From a virus, in IMG/VR virus record IMGVR_UViG_3300027749_000093, positions 8,428 to 72,427 of that record: 64,000 bases of DNA. One strand, written 5' to 3'. The notes beneath the pieces were generated by a model, which worked only from the letters and a program-made list of their open reading frames with translations, did no database searches and was not told where the DNA came from. Made by a program: the position numbers and the translations under genes. This document shows positions 52,010-61,832 of this stretch, one piece after another; within the stretch, counting starts at the first letter, position 1; the number at the start of each line of letters is the position of its first letter.

Positions 52010-52521
52010 TGACAAAAAATTATTACACAGAATTCCTTGAGATAGAATACAAAAAAACATCTATCGATATGCCTACAGTAGTAGTATATGCTAAGACATT
52101 AGTGGGTAAGTACGATAAGGAGGTTGTAAGGGCTGCGTATTGTTGTTTCAGAAATGAAAGCGGTAATGGTAAGAATGGAGTCAACGGAAATTTTTCAGGA
52201 ATTCAAGCAGACCAAGCTAAGTGGGAAGGATTAGATTTAACCAACGTAATAGGCACATCAGTTAAGAAAGATAATTTTGGAGATGTAAGGAGATTCCTTT
52301 GCTTTAATGAGAAGGGATACCAAGCCTGTTTTGAATTTCTTTGTTATAAGTTCAAACAACGTGGTGTTTATATTGGCGCAGAAAATATTGAAGATTCTAA
52401 TAAATTAGCACTAGCCTATCTTACTAAATGGGTGGGCTTGTCGGCTAAAGATGCAGCAACGAAAACTGAAGACATAACCAACTTTAAGAGTTTATACAAA
52501 AGCAGTATAACCGCAATATAA
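52009..52521 (+). CDS. putative lysozyme-fold endolysin (glucosaminidase-like)
   Basis: RNESGNG...NGNFSGIQ...RRFLCF; last gene of lysis cluster. Confidence 0.55.
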   Translation: MTKNYYTEFLEIEYKKTSIDMPTVVVYAKTLVGKYDKEVVRAAYCCFRNESGNGKNGVNGNFSGIQADQAKWEGLDLTNVIGTSVKKDNFGDVRRFLCFNEKGYQACFEFLCYKFKQRGVYIGAENIEDSNKLALAYLTKWVGLSAKDAATKTEDITNFKSLYKSSITAI

Positions 52522-52574
52522 TTAAAGATTGTTTTCGTTTTTTTCGTGTGTTCATGGTTTATTGGTAGTGAAAA

Positions 52575-52608
52575 TGCCCCCGAAGTGGTTATCGGGGGTA
52601 TCTTTTTT
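52575..52608. terminator. terminator between convergent late and early operons
   Basis: TGCCCCCGA-AGTGGTTA-TCGGGGGTA, T-tract downstream and A-tract upstream. Confidence 0.7.
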
Positions 52609-52722
52609 CATCTAGTCTTTTCTTGAATTACCATTCTTATCTACAAATTCTGAAGACTTGTACATAAAATACAGAAATCCAATATAAAATGCTAATAAGA
52701 TGTAAGTCATAATTTTATTTTT

Positions 52723-54365
52723 TTAATATATTGAATCTGTTTCGGGAAGAATAATAACCCCATCTAAAACTCCTCTCGCTTTTGCGTAGGATATTAAATC
52801 CATACCTTTTTGAAATGTTTTGTCATCGTTTTGTATTGCGTGAATAATTTCCCCTACTATGGTTATTTTTTCGGGTAGTGACAGGTTGTTGTAGTTTTGG
52901 CAAATCATGTTTTCGTGTTTAGTTAAGAGATAAAATTTCTAGCATTAGTTCTTCAAAGTATTCGTTGCATTCTCGCTTTGTTCCTTCGTGTACTTTCTTG
53001 TATCCTGAGTTAATCATCTCCCAATAATCTACAGAGTTTTGGCTATAGACTACGGGGCTACCTCCTTCTATTGGAGTTAATACTGCATAGGTTGTTGCAT
53101 TCATTTTAAGTTGATTTTAAGGTACTCAATTGCAGCCTTGATGGCTTCTAGTTTTAATTCGCTATCAGATACTTTATCGCTTTCAAATTGAACCATTTCT
53201 TGCCCATCTGAATGAATATTATATTGTTTAGTCATGTGGTTAATTATTAGTTCTACTGATATATCTTCTTCGGAAGAATTTATACTTTTTGCTTTAAAAT
53301 GTATAATCTCCCATTCTTTGTTTGTTTCTACCATGTTTAATAATTTTCGGTGTGAATAGTTGTTTCTATTTTTTGTGTGGAATCCTTTAACCATTTACAA
53401 TATAGCATTGCTTTTTCTATGGCTACATCCCTAGTTAATATTTTTGATTCTGTTTTGTATAGAAAAAATTTTATGTTTTTCCCGTTTAGCCTAATAACAA
53501 TCCATGTTCCATCGGAATCAAATAAATCCACAACTTCTAATGTATTGTTTTGCATGGCTTATTTTTTTACTAATATAATTGAAAGTTCGGGAATTTCAAG
53601 GATATCAATCGGATTATTTGTTGTACCATCCCTACTGCGCTTTACCCATTGCGACAATGTGCCTAGTTTAATGCCATCTCGCTTTGCTTTCTGCGCTTGT
53701 GTACACCATACATCTAAATCAATAACTATTTTTTTCTTTGTCATTTGTTTTGTTTTATTGTGATAAAAAATTTTCCCATCGTTGTTTGTCTTTAGCTATT
53801 TTAAGACGATTCTGAAGGGTTTTCACTTTGTTTAGTGCTGCGTATTTGTTTTTGCATTGCCCTGTCTCAATTCGCCTTAAAATAGCCTTAATTTGCATTT
53901 CTATTGGGTGCATAGCTTATACATTTATAATTTTAGTTTCTAAGCTATCTACATTTTCTAGGTGTAGCTGAAGGATAGTATTTTCAATGTTACCCATACA
54001 GGAAATAACTTTCCACATATTGATAGGGTTGTAATCATCTATCCTGTTATTAGTTACACCAACAATGTCACCAATTACTATCCTTCTTTTTCTATTGTCA
54101 GGATACACAAAGATTGGTTTGTCAATCCAAATTGCTGCCAATGGCATTGGTTCTATTATTGCTTTTAAATACTTTTCCATGCATCGTATTGTTTTAATTT
54201 GTCCTTTAATTTTAATAAATCTTTCCTGTCTTTTGTAAATGTTTCAAATACATATTTGTCTTCGTCATCTCTAAACGCATCAATAACTTTTTCAATTCTT
54301 TCAATGCGTGAATCCAACGCAACCAATAATGTAATTTTTTCTTCATACGTTAATTCTAAACTCAT
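52723..54365 (-). CDS. cluster of small early hypothetical ORFs (52723-52908, 52919-53104, 53101-53334, 53337-53555, 53559-53744 HTH-like, 53917-54180, 54165-54365)
   Basis: tightly packed same-strand ORFs with A-rich leaders. Confidence 0.6.
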
Positions 54366-54377
54366 GGTTTTTAATTT

Positions 54378-55019
54378 TTAATTTACGGAATATAATAAAT
54401 AAGAATTGCACTTTTCTTTAGCAAAATAGTCAGCAAATAATTCTCTAGCTTTTTCTATTTTACTTGGTGGAACAATCACATACTTATGTACACAAAATAC
54501 ATTGCTAGATTCTGTTACAATAATCTTGTACGGAATATCACCGAGACAAACAACTGCCTGTTGTAATTGTTCATCACCATCTTTACTTGGACATGGGCTA
54601 TCTGAAAACATACCCGTATCATTAGCCCCACAGATTGCGTATATAGGCTGCTGATAACCTCTCCAACCATCTGTCTTAATATACTGCAAGGTAGTATCAA
54701 AAATAGGCGCAACATTCTCCTCTGCTACTACTACCTCATCAGATACCTTAATCCATTTACCATCCCATTCTACCCCGTTTAAATACCATTGAAAGTTACG
54801 TTGGTAGATAGTTACATTGGGTAGCTTGTTTAAGTGATTTTTAGTTGTGTTGGTTTGATAGCCGCAGTTAGTTATCCACAACCCATCTGCCCTATGTTCA
54901 GCAATTCTATTACCGAATAGCAACAGGATTGTGCCATCTGTCTGAGAGTTACCATACTTTTTTGCTTTGCCATTAATGAAAGCATTTTCTACAATTGGAT
55001 TAAAATTTGAATAGCCCAT
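54378..55019 (-). CDS. early hypothetical protein
   Basis: 213 aa; G.QTNTTKNHLN motif. Confidence 0.65.
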   Translation of the reverse strand: MGYSNFNPIVENAFINGKAKKYGNSQTDGTILLLFGNRIAEHRADGLWITNCGYQTNTTKNHLNKLPNVTIYQRNFQWYLNGVEWDGKWIKVSDEVVVAEENVAPIFDTTLQYIKTDGWRGYQQPIYAICGANDTGMFSDSPCPSKDGDEQLQQAVVCLGDIPYKIIVTESSNVFCVHKYVIVPPSKIEKARELFADYFAKEKCNSYLLYSVN

Positions 55020-55128
55020 GTTTTTTAGTTTTTTAGTTTATTAATAATTTTCTAAAATAGCACATAAAATAAATGCTACTATAACGGCAATAATACCTTC
55101 GATTACTTCTTTTTTCATTTGGTTGATT

Positions 55129-55554
55129 TTAGGCTGCTGTTTCTTTAGCATCAATTCGTAATATCTCAATGAATTTAGCATTGGCAGTTTCTACCAATCT
55201 CTTAATATTAGGGTAAATAGTTTTCTTTTCAGATGGTGTAAAATCAGGATAACTATTGTCTATAAATTTAGAGAATTTAATGTCACCATAACTATTGACA
55301 TACCTAAAAGATTGCAGTATATTTTTTGATGTATATGGTGAATAATCACCCATTGTTCTAATCATTAAGGTAGCAGTAATCATATTGAAATCACCCATTT
55401 TTGCAAGTGATTTTTTAACTAGGGATTTAACAATTTCGTAATCCATTTGCCTGTCATATTCCGTAAAAATTGATTCCTTTACTTCATAGGTAACAGACAA
55501 ATTAGATACCCTTGTGTTTTCTAATAAAATTTCTAATGTAATAACTTTACTCAT
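55129..55554 (-). CDS. early hypothetical protein
   Basis: 141-aa ORF. Confidence 0.6.
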   Translation of the reverse strand: MSKVITLEILLENTRVSNLSVTYEVKESIFTEYDRQMDYEIVKSLVKKSLAKMGDFNMITATLMIRTMGDYSPYTSKNILQSFRYVNSYGDIKFSKFIDNSYPDFTPSEKKTIYPNIKRLVETANAKFIEILRIDAKETAA

Positions 55555-55587
55555 GGTTGGTAGTTTTAAAATTTAAAAAAAAGTTAG

Positions 55588-55632
55588 TAGGTAGCAGGGG
55601 AATCGAACCCCTGCATAAATACCATATACCTA
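55588..55632 (-). ncRNA. anticodon-less tRNA-like element 1
   Basis: TAGGTA-tatggtatttat-GCAGGGG-TTCGATT-CCCCTGC-TACCTA. Confidence 0.65.
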
Positions 55633-56562
55633 AGATGCGAAAGCCAATATTTGACTGAACGCATTATTATCAACCGACAAACCTGTACCTGTATACTTGC
55701 TTTCTAAACGAGCATTAGCCCTTTTAGGAACAGGTAGAACGTGCGATGTGTAATGAGTCACCCCTGAGAACAAACCCCATAGTGTTTCGCCCTTAGCACC
55801 CATTTCTTGAGCAATACTATTAACCAACTCAGTAGCACGATTTTGGCTATATGTAGAGACATCCTTTTGTGATTGTAAGGTAATGTCTACATCTGTAACA
55901 GAACGTACAATCTGTGCTATATTAGCTTTCGTTACAGGGATTTCAGATAACCTAATGAATTGGTCAAAGATTGATTTCTCAGCATCCGCAATACCCGTAA
56001 TTTGACGAACAGATATCTCAACCCTGTCATGTATGCTAGATGTATGCTTTGCTGACTGCTGCAAGGCTTTCTGTGCCATTGCAAAGGTATTACGGCAACA
56101 TACTGTAAAATTAACTGCACCCCATTTTAAACTGCTTGTACCATCGTGTGAATTAATACCCGTAACAAATCCCTTCACAGTTGTACCATTCTTACCCAAA
56201 CCTTTAATCTCATTGCCTGTATTTAATTGCAAGTAAACTTTACCACCACCATTAAACTCACCACCCGAATGAATACCATACCCTGTCTTGTCTGAAATAC
56301 GAATTAATAACTCAGCTAGTTCGCTATTCTGATAGGGTACATAACCTTCTTTACAAGTAGCAAAGGTGTGGTTGTTATCACTACGCACAATACCAAAGAA
56401 TCCTGTGCTATCTCCTGTAGGAAGCAATAAGGGTTGTTTACTTACAGACCATCTAAGGTTGTACTTGTCTAAGAGGGTAGCAACTGCCTCACTATTTTGC
56501 TCGTTAGTAACTTGTAATCCTGTGAACGCATTGTTCAATAAGTTGTCAATTGTGTTGTTCAT
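55630..56562 (-). CDS. DUF932/DUF945 (phage/plasmid TIGR03299-like) protein
   Basis: L.W.V.KQPL...YVPYQN...GGKVYLQL...NSHDGTSS...VCCRNT...TLWGLFSGVTHY. Confidence 0.8.
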   Translation of the reverse strand: MNNTIDNLLNNAFTGLQVTNEQNSEAVATLLDKYNLRWSVSKQPLLLPTGDSTGFFGIVRSDNNHTFATCKEGYVPYQNSELAELLIRISDKTGYGIHSGGEFNGGGKVYLQLNTGNEIKGLGKNGTTVKGFVTGINSHDGTSSLKWGAVNFTVCCRNTFAMAQKALQQSAKHTSSIHDRVEISVRQITGIADAEKSIFDQFIRLSEIPVTKANIAQIVRSVTDVDITLQSQKDVSTYSQNRATELVNSIAQEMGAKGETLWGLFSGVTHYTSHVLPVPKRANARLESKYTGTGLSVDNNAFSQILAFAS

Positions 56563-56584
56563 GTTTGTAGTTTTTATTTTATAA

Positions 56585-58453
56585 TTAAATGTTGTTTTTG
56601 TAATTATTAGACACGATGTAATCGTTACTTAGAACATCATCATGCTCGCTATCAAATCGCTCAATTAAGAGGTCATAGTTAATGCCGTCAGTATCTAATT
56701 TTTGCTTCAAAGCATAAACGATATCATACATAGAAAGTGGGTAGGTTTCATCCGTAGCCATTGACGATGGAGCATTTACATCATCACATCTAAATACATA
56801 ATAAATGCTAATAGTAGATTCATTATTTAATTGATAATTGTTCATTGTTTTTAGTTTTAAGTAATTTTAAAAAAAAATAATTTATTTAACATCAAAGATT
56901 CTGTTGAACTCCTCATCTACATCAGACTCGGAGTTCATGTCAAAAGCCATAGCAATAGTAGCTATAACAGAAGCGGTAACGATAAGCATAAACATAAGCA
57001 TTTGGGTTTTATTTGTTTTTTCTAATAATTTCATTTCTCAACTCTTTGATTGCCCATACTTTACCATCCCTAGCATAATCAATAGCTTCGGTGTTAGTGG
57101 TAGTACAGGCAATGCTTTTGTTGTAATGAGTAGTTTTAATGATAAAACGACCATAAGATGTTGTGTGGATTGATAAATTTTTCATTTTTATTTGAATTTA
57201 ATTTTAAAAATAGCAATAGTTCTTAACTCAAGTTCAGCAGTTTTAGCCAAACAATTTTCTAAGTTGTACATTTCGTGCAACAACCCATTCTTTGCAGTTC
57301 CTTCGGATTTAGCTGCCCATACCTCAACAAAATGTGTAGCATTCATAATTTAATTTTTAATGTATTTACGATATTGATTCCCTTGTTTACTAGTAACAAT
57401 TATATATCTACCACCCTTTGCACCCCTGTATAAGTGATAAGTAACCTTGTTAATGGTTGTATCTTTAATTACAGAATCAGCAGCAAATGTGCTACCTGTT
57501 AAAATAAGCAAAAATGCTAAAATAAAAATCTTCATAATTTAAAATTTATAAGGTTATAATTTGGTTTGATTCAATCCATTGGTAAACTAATTCTTGTGCC
57601 GCTTCCTGACATTCATTAATCTCGCCTAGCCCCATATCGGGATTCGACATTAAAAGGTCAGAAATAGCCTGTATTAGGCTTGCACTAGAATAATGTGTTA
57701 TTTGATTAATATCCATTTTAATTGATTTTTAATTTCTATAAATATTTGCTACTATATTAGCTAAACCACCACCCCTAAGAACATCATATGGACTATTATA
57801 TCCTTTACTATTACGTTCTAAAACTTTTTCTAATAAAATTGAATAGGTTTCTGTATTTAACTTTTTAGCCCAATCAGATATATCATTAATTTGATATAAG
57901 AAAGCCTGTTGAAATGTGAATTCTTGATTCATTGTAGTTAATTTAAATAGTTATTAAATTAAGTTCAGCCTGTCTAAACAAGCTACGCAATTTTACATCC
58001 TTGTAATAATCTTTAGCATCCTGTCCTAACTCACGCAAAATAGATTGTGTACGTTGGTAAGTGCTAAGAGTGTAAGCATTTGTTTTGATAACCTCGCCTG
58101 TTGGCTTGGCGCAGCAGATTTTAGTTGCCATTGTATTTGATTTTAAACCTGTCAAAATAGACATTGAAACTCCCAAGGGAATCGAACCCTTGTGCCATCA
58201 CCCATTGGAGTTTATTGTGTTAAGAAACATATGATAAATGAAGGTCTAAGAAACGTAAGGCTTCTTTTTTAGTTTTACCTGATGCACTTGTATGATAGCC
58301 TGATTTAGAACCATATGCATACCATTCAGAACGAGTGCTACCATTATCGAATTCAGTTATACCCTTGTACAGGGATTCTAAAATTTCGATGTCAGGGTAA
58401 TTGGTTAAATTAATTTGATTTGACATTTTATACATTTTTTTGGACATTAACAT
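56585..58453 (-). CDS. small early ORFs (56585-56845, 57350-57535 with signal peptide, 57729-57932, 57943-58131, 58220-58453, plus shorter ones)
   Basis: same-strand packed ORFs downstream of the early promoter. Confidence 0.55.
58167..58213 (-). ncRNA. anticodon-less tRNA-like element 2
   Basis: AAACTCC-aatgggtgatggca-CAAGGG-TTCGATT-CCCTTG-GGAGTTT. Confidence 0.65.
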
Positions 58454-58530
58454 TGTATTAGTTTTTATTGGTTAATAGTTAGTTCCTCTAGCATACTTCG
58501 AGTATCTGCCTAAAGCCTAGAGGAAAGGTG

Positions 58531-58884
58531 TTAAAATTCTATGTCTGTGAATATATCTTTAGTATTTAAATGTAATGCTGACATTAATGGTTTTAATGAT
58601 TTTCTTAATTGATATACACCATCGTAGTCAGTGACTTCATTGTATTCTATCCAAATTCCACCCTCTGCATAATATAACTCTTCATCCTGTGCATCTTTAA
58701 TATATACTTCAAAACATCCTTTATTATAAGTGCTACCAAGAGAAGGAACAAATAATTTAACACTTAACTCTTCTGTTTTACTAATTTCTCCTTTTATGTT
58801 ATAATAAGTAATAACTCTTTTTGCAACTTTTCTACCATTTTCAATAGTAAGTTCAACTTTGCTTTTTGTTGTTGTGTTTGGCAT
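58531..58884 (-). CDS. first early gene, hypothetical protein
   Basis: 117 aa; ATG 12 nt downstream of the hammerhead. Confidence 0.65.
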   Translation of the reverse strand: MPNTTTKSKVELTIENGRKVAKRVITYYNIKGEISKTEELSVKLFVPSLGSTYNKGCFEVYIKDAQDEELYYAEGGIWIEYNEVTDYDGVYQLRKSLKPLMSALHLNTKDIFTDIEF

Positions 58885-58895
58885 TGTATTATGTT

Positions 58896-58949
58896 ATTAG
58901 TTTCGCCATTCCTTGGCTCATCGGTATAGGCAATGACCTATAGACTAAT
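58896..58949 (-). ncRNA. type III hammerhead ribozyme (C at core position 4)
   Basis: ATTAG-TC^TATAGG-tcattg-CCTATA-CCGATGA-GCCA-aggaa-TGGC-GAAA-CTAAT; all three stems pair perfectly; GUC triplet. Confidence 0.85.
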
Positions 58950-59257
58950 TGGCTATCGTGTTGCAGACTAATTATCATAGTATAGCTATGACATACATCC
59001 TGTTGTTCAACATCGGATTCCGTAGTTGTGAGGTACATCTTTTCGGTCTGACTACTCACCTGATATCTTGATTATAGCAGCTATATCAGTACTGCTTAAA
59101 TGGGAAAGGGTGCTTGTGGCTGAGCAAATAACTATTCGTGAATTTCTGATGGCTAAACCATCGTACATCCTGTTATTAGCGAGTGCATTGAAGAGGATAA
59201 GACTCTTTGTTCGCTACCACAACTTTAAAAAGAACTGCGTCAATCACATTGACAACA

Positions 59258-59288
59258 CAAATATAGTAACCTTACATGACATACCAAA
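59258..59288 (-). promoter_or_regulatory. strong Bacteroidota sigma-A early promoter
   Basis: minus strand TTTG (59288-59285) N19 TATATTTG (59265-59258), a perfect consensus match. Confidence 0.8.
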
Positions 59289-59969
59289 TATTTATTGATG
59301 TTTTTTTAAAAAAAGTATATGCTTTAACATTTCTTTCACATATACAGGTATGTAAATCGCTGAAACCCTTGCTACCATTGACTTTCATCAATTTAACACA
59401 TTTATGCAACAATGTTGCAAAACCTCAAGGTTGCCCTAACTCCGACCTTCCCTAGTAGTAACCTTACATTACATTAGATGGTCTAGAATCGCCTTCTAAA
59501 TCGTTTTACCTCCCACCTACCCATAACTACCCTAATAACACCAAATCCCCGTACAAACAGACAAACCATAAAACCACCCCAAATCACCCCTATAAAAACA
59601 CAAGGCATACAATCACCCTACTTTAAAAAGATATGGCAAGGAAGCCTACTTAGAATCGCATATATATAACCTATCGCCTATCCCATCTGTCTAAGCACCC
59701 CACCCCACCCCAAAACCAAAAGTGAAATCGAAATCTAGGCATAGCCCTATCGCCCAATTCCTAGTTCCCCTTTGGGCTGCCGCCCCCCACGTTTATTGCG
59801 TGACACCCCCAAGACACCTAGCTGTTATTTTTGTTAAATAGGATTGGGATTTTATTTTGGTATGTTTTTTTTATTTTTTACAGGGTGGTTTTGTGATTTG
59901 CGAATTGCGAATTAAAAGGTTTTTTGTGATTTATGGATTTGTTGTATCTTTAGGAATTAAAATTTGTTT

Positions 59970-60167
59970 ATGGCAATGATGATGCATGAAAGTTTACATA
60001 AAAAAATTGAGAAGGCTAAGAGTAAGCATATGATGAAGAGGGCAGATGGTTCAAGTTCTCCTCGTGGATTATGGGATAATATTCGTGCCAATAAAGGAAG
60101 TGGTAAAGAGCCAACTGCTGAAATGTTGAAACAAGAAAAAAAGATTAAGGCACAAGAAAAAATGTAA
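59970..60167 (+). CDS. small basic phage protein
   Basis: GLWDNIRANKGSGKEPT motif. Confidence 0.6.
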   Translation: MAMMMHESLHKKIEKAKSKHMMKRADGSSSPRGLWDNIRANKGSGKEPTAEMLKQEKKIKAQEKM

Positions 60168-60170
60168 TTT

Positions 60171-60455
60171 ATGTCGGAAGCTTGGGAAAGAAAAGAAGGA
60201 AAAAATCCTTCAGGTGGCTTAAACCAAAAAGGTCGTGATTCATATAATCATTCTCATGGAGGTCATTTAAAAGCACCTGTTAAAAGCGGAGTTAATCCTC
60301 GTAGAGTTTCTTTTGCAGCTAGATTTTCAGGTATGGTAGGTGCTATGAAAAAACCTAATGGTGAACCAACAAGGAAAGCATTAGCTTTAAAAGCATGGGG
60401 ATTCGGAAGTATTGTAGCTGCTCGTAACTTTGCAAATGCACATAAAAAATCTTAA
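60171..60455 (+). CDS. small basic phage protein (DUF6321-like)
   Basis: AWERKEGKNPSGGLNQKGR...LKAPV...RRVSFAARFSGM. Confidence 0.7.
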   Translation: MSEAWERKEGKNPSGGLNQKGRDSYNHSHGGHLKAPVKSGVNPRRVSFAARFSGMVGAMKKPNGEPTRKALALKAWGFGSIVAARNFANAHKKS

Positions 60456-60475
60456 AATATTAAAAAAAAATAATT

Positions 60476-60799
60476 ATGGGAATGTTAATGGATAACGAAG
60501 CAGATGAAACTTTACAACAAAAGATTGAGAAAGTTAAGGCGAAAAAAACTATGGTTAAGACTGAAACAGGTAAGACTTCGACTCCTGAAAAAGCGGCTAG
60601 TGATAAACGTGACTTTGAAATGGGTATGCAGAAGCAATGGGAGTCTAGGGGTAAAGAAGATTTAAAAAATAGAATTGACAAGGCTAAAAAACTTCAAATG
60701 ATTGATAGGGCATCTAAGAAAACTAAAATGCTTATGGATGCAAAAGCCAAAGGCACAGCGATGCTTGACGAAGACGAAGAAGATAGCGATATGGCATAG
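60476..60799 (+). CDS. Lys/Met-rich hypothetical protein
   Basis: 107-aa charged ORF. Confidence 0.55.
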   Translation: MGMLMDNEADETLQQKIEKVKAKKTMVKTETGKTSTPEKAASDKRDFEMGMQKQWESRGKEDLKNRIDKAKKLQMIDRASKKTKMLMDAKAKGTAMLDEDEEDSDMA

Positions 60800-60978
60800 T
60801 CATAATGTTTTGTTAAAATAGTATTTAACTTTTTTTATTGTAATTTATTTTAGGTCTATTTGCCTAAATGATTATTATGAAAAAAGTTATTTGCGTTTTT
60901 AGGATAATGTATTTTATCCTTTGCTGCATTGTATTATCACCATTAATAATTTATTCACTAACTAAAAAAAAATAAACC

Positions 60979-61179
60979 ATGGACAGTTTTTTTAATTTAA
61001 CATCAGAAATAGAAAAAGAGTTAGCAATTGTTGCAGACAGAGTAGATACAATGTGTGTCTTTTGGGATGCACTTGTTTCAGAAAATGAAATAGTTTATAT
61101 GGATGATAAGCTAAGACTAGAGTCTAAAAAAATTTACGAATCTATTATTAAATTTCAAAAATTATTAGAATGCATATAG
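60979..61179 (+). CDS. hypothetical protein
   Basis: ORF overlapping the next gene. Confidence 0.55.
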   Translation: MDSFFNLTSEIEKELAIVADRVDTMCVFWDALVSENEIVYMDDKLRLESKKIYESIIKFQKLLECI

Positions 61180-61832
61180 ATGAACAATTAAATTATGGAA
61201 ATGATATATTTAAATCGATATCAGATGCTGTTTCTTTAGAAGATTATAAACTTGCTAACTCAATCATTCAAAATACACAACCACCTAAAGAATGGGTAAA
61301 AGAATATAAGTCTTTAATAAAAGAAGGCGATACCTATAAGACTATTAAGATTGAATTGCTTGAAGCTATTGCCAAAAAAATATATGGTTATTGGGGGATT
61401 GACAAAATAGACAAACCAATAATTATATCTGACAAATCAGGTAAGGTTTGTATCACAGTAAAAGCATCATTAATAATCAGACATTTGGATGGCATCAATC
61501 ATATCTTCTACGAAGGACTTGCTTCAGAAGTAGCATCAAGCATAGCACTTATGCCATTGGTTACAGGAAAGGTTATAGCATCTTGTAAGAAGGCTTGCTT
61601 TAAACAGATAGGAGACTTATTTGGTAGGTCGTTATCTAGGGGATTTGATGAAGGTGAATTGCCTGAAATGCAGATAGAAAACGAATCACCTGATAGAAAG
61701 TTATCAAGACTAATATCATTGATTAGCGATTGCCAAACAGAAGATGAATTAAAGTCTTATAAGATAATTGCTGCAACTAATGAACTAACTAAGAAACAAT
61801 ACGAATTAAAACTAAAACAAATTAAACCATGA
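61170..61832 (+). CDS. putative single-strand annealing protein (Rad52/Sak-like)
   Basis: paired with exonuclease; ...KKACFKQIGDLFGRSL; C-terminal ISDCQTEDELK helix. Confidence 0.55.
   Translation: MHIDEQLNYGNDIFKSISDAVSLEDYKLANSIIQNTQPPKEWVKEYKSLIKEGDTYKTIKIELLEAIAKKIYGYWGIDKIDKPIIISDKSGKVCITVKASLIIRHLDGINHIFYEGLASEVASSIALMPLVTGKVIASCKKACFKQIGDLFGRSLSRGFDEGELPEMQIENESPDRKLSRLISLISDCQTEDELKSYKIIAATNELTKKQYELKLKQIKP

Noticed and set aside
55588-58213. True tRNA genes or attP sites
   Set aside because: No D-stem, anticodon arm or CCA; no integrase in the window; each element has its own complementary 5' strand
59068-59298. 76-aa plus-strand ORF
   Set aside because: TTG start, antisense to the early promoter and leader, no recognisable motif
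52700-59300. CRISPR mini-array or HDV-like (theta) ribozymes
   Set aside because: No regularly spaced repeats, and I could not assemble a nested double pseudoknot by eye; a covariance-model search would be needed to exclude them
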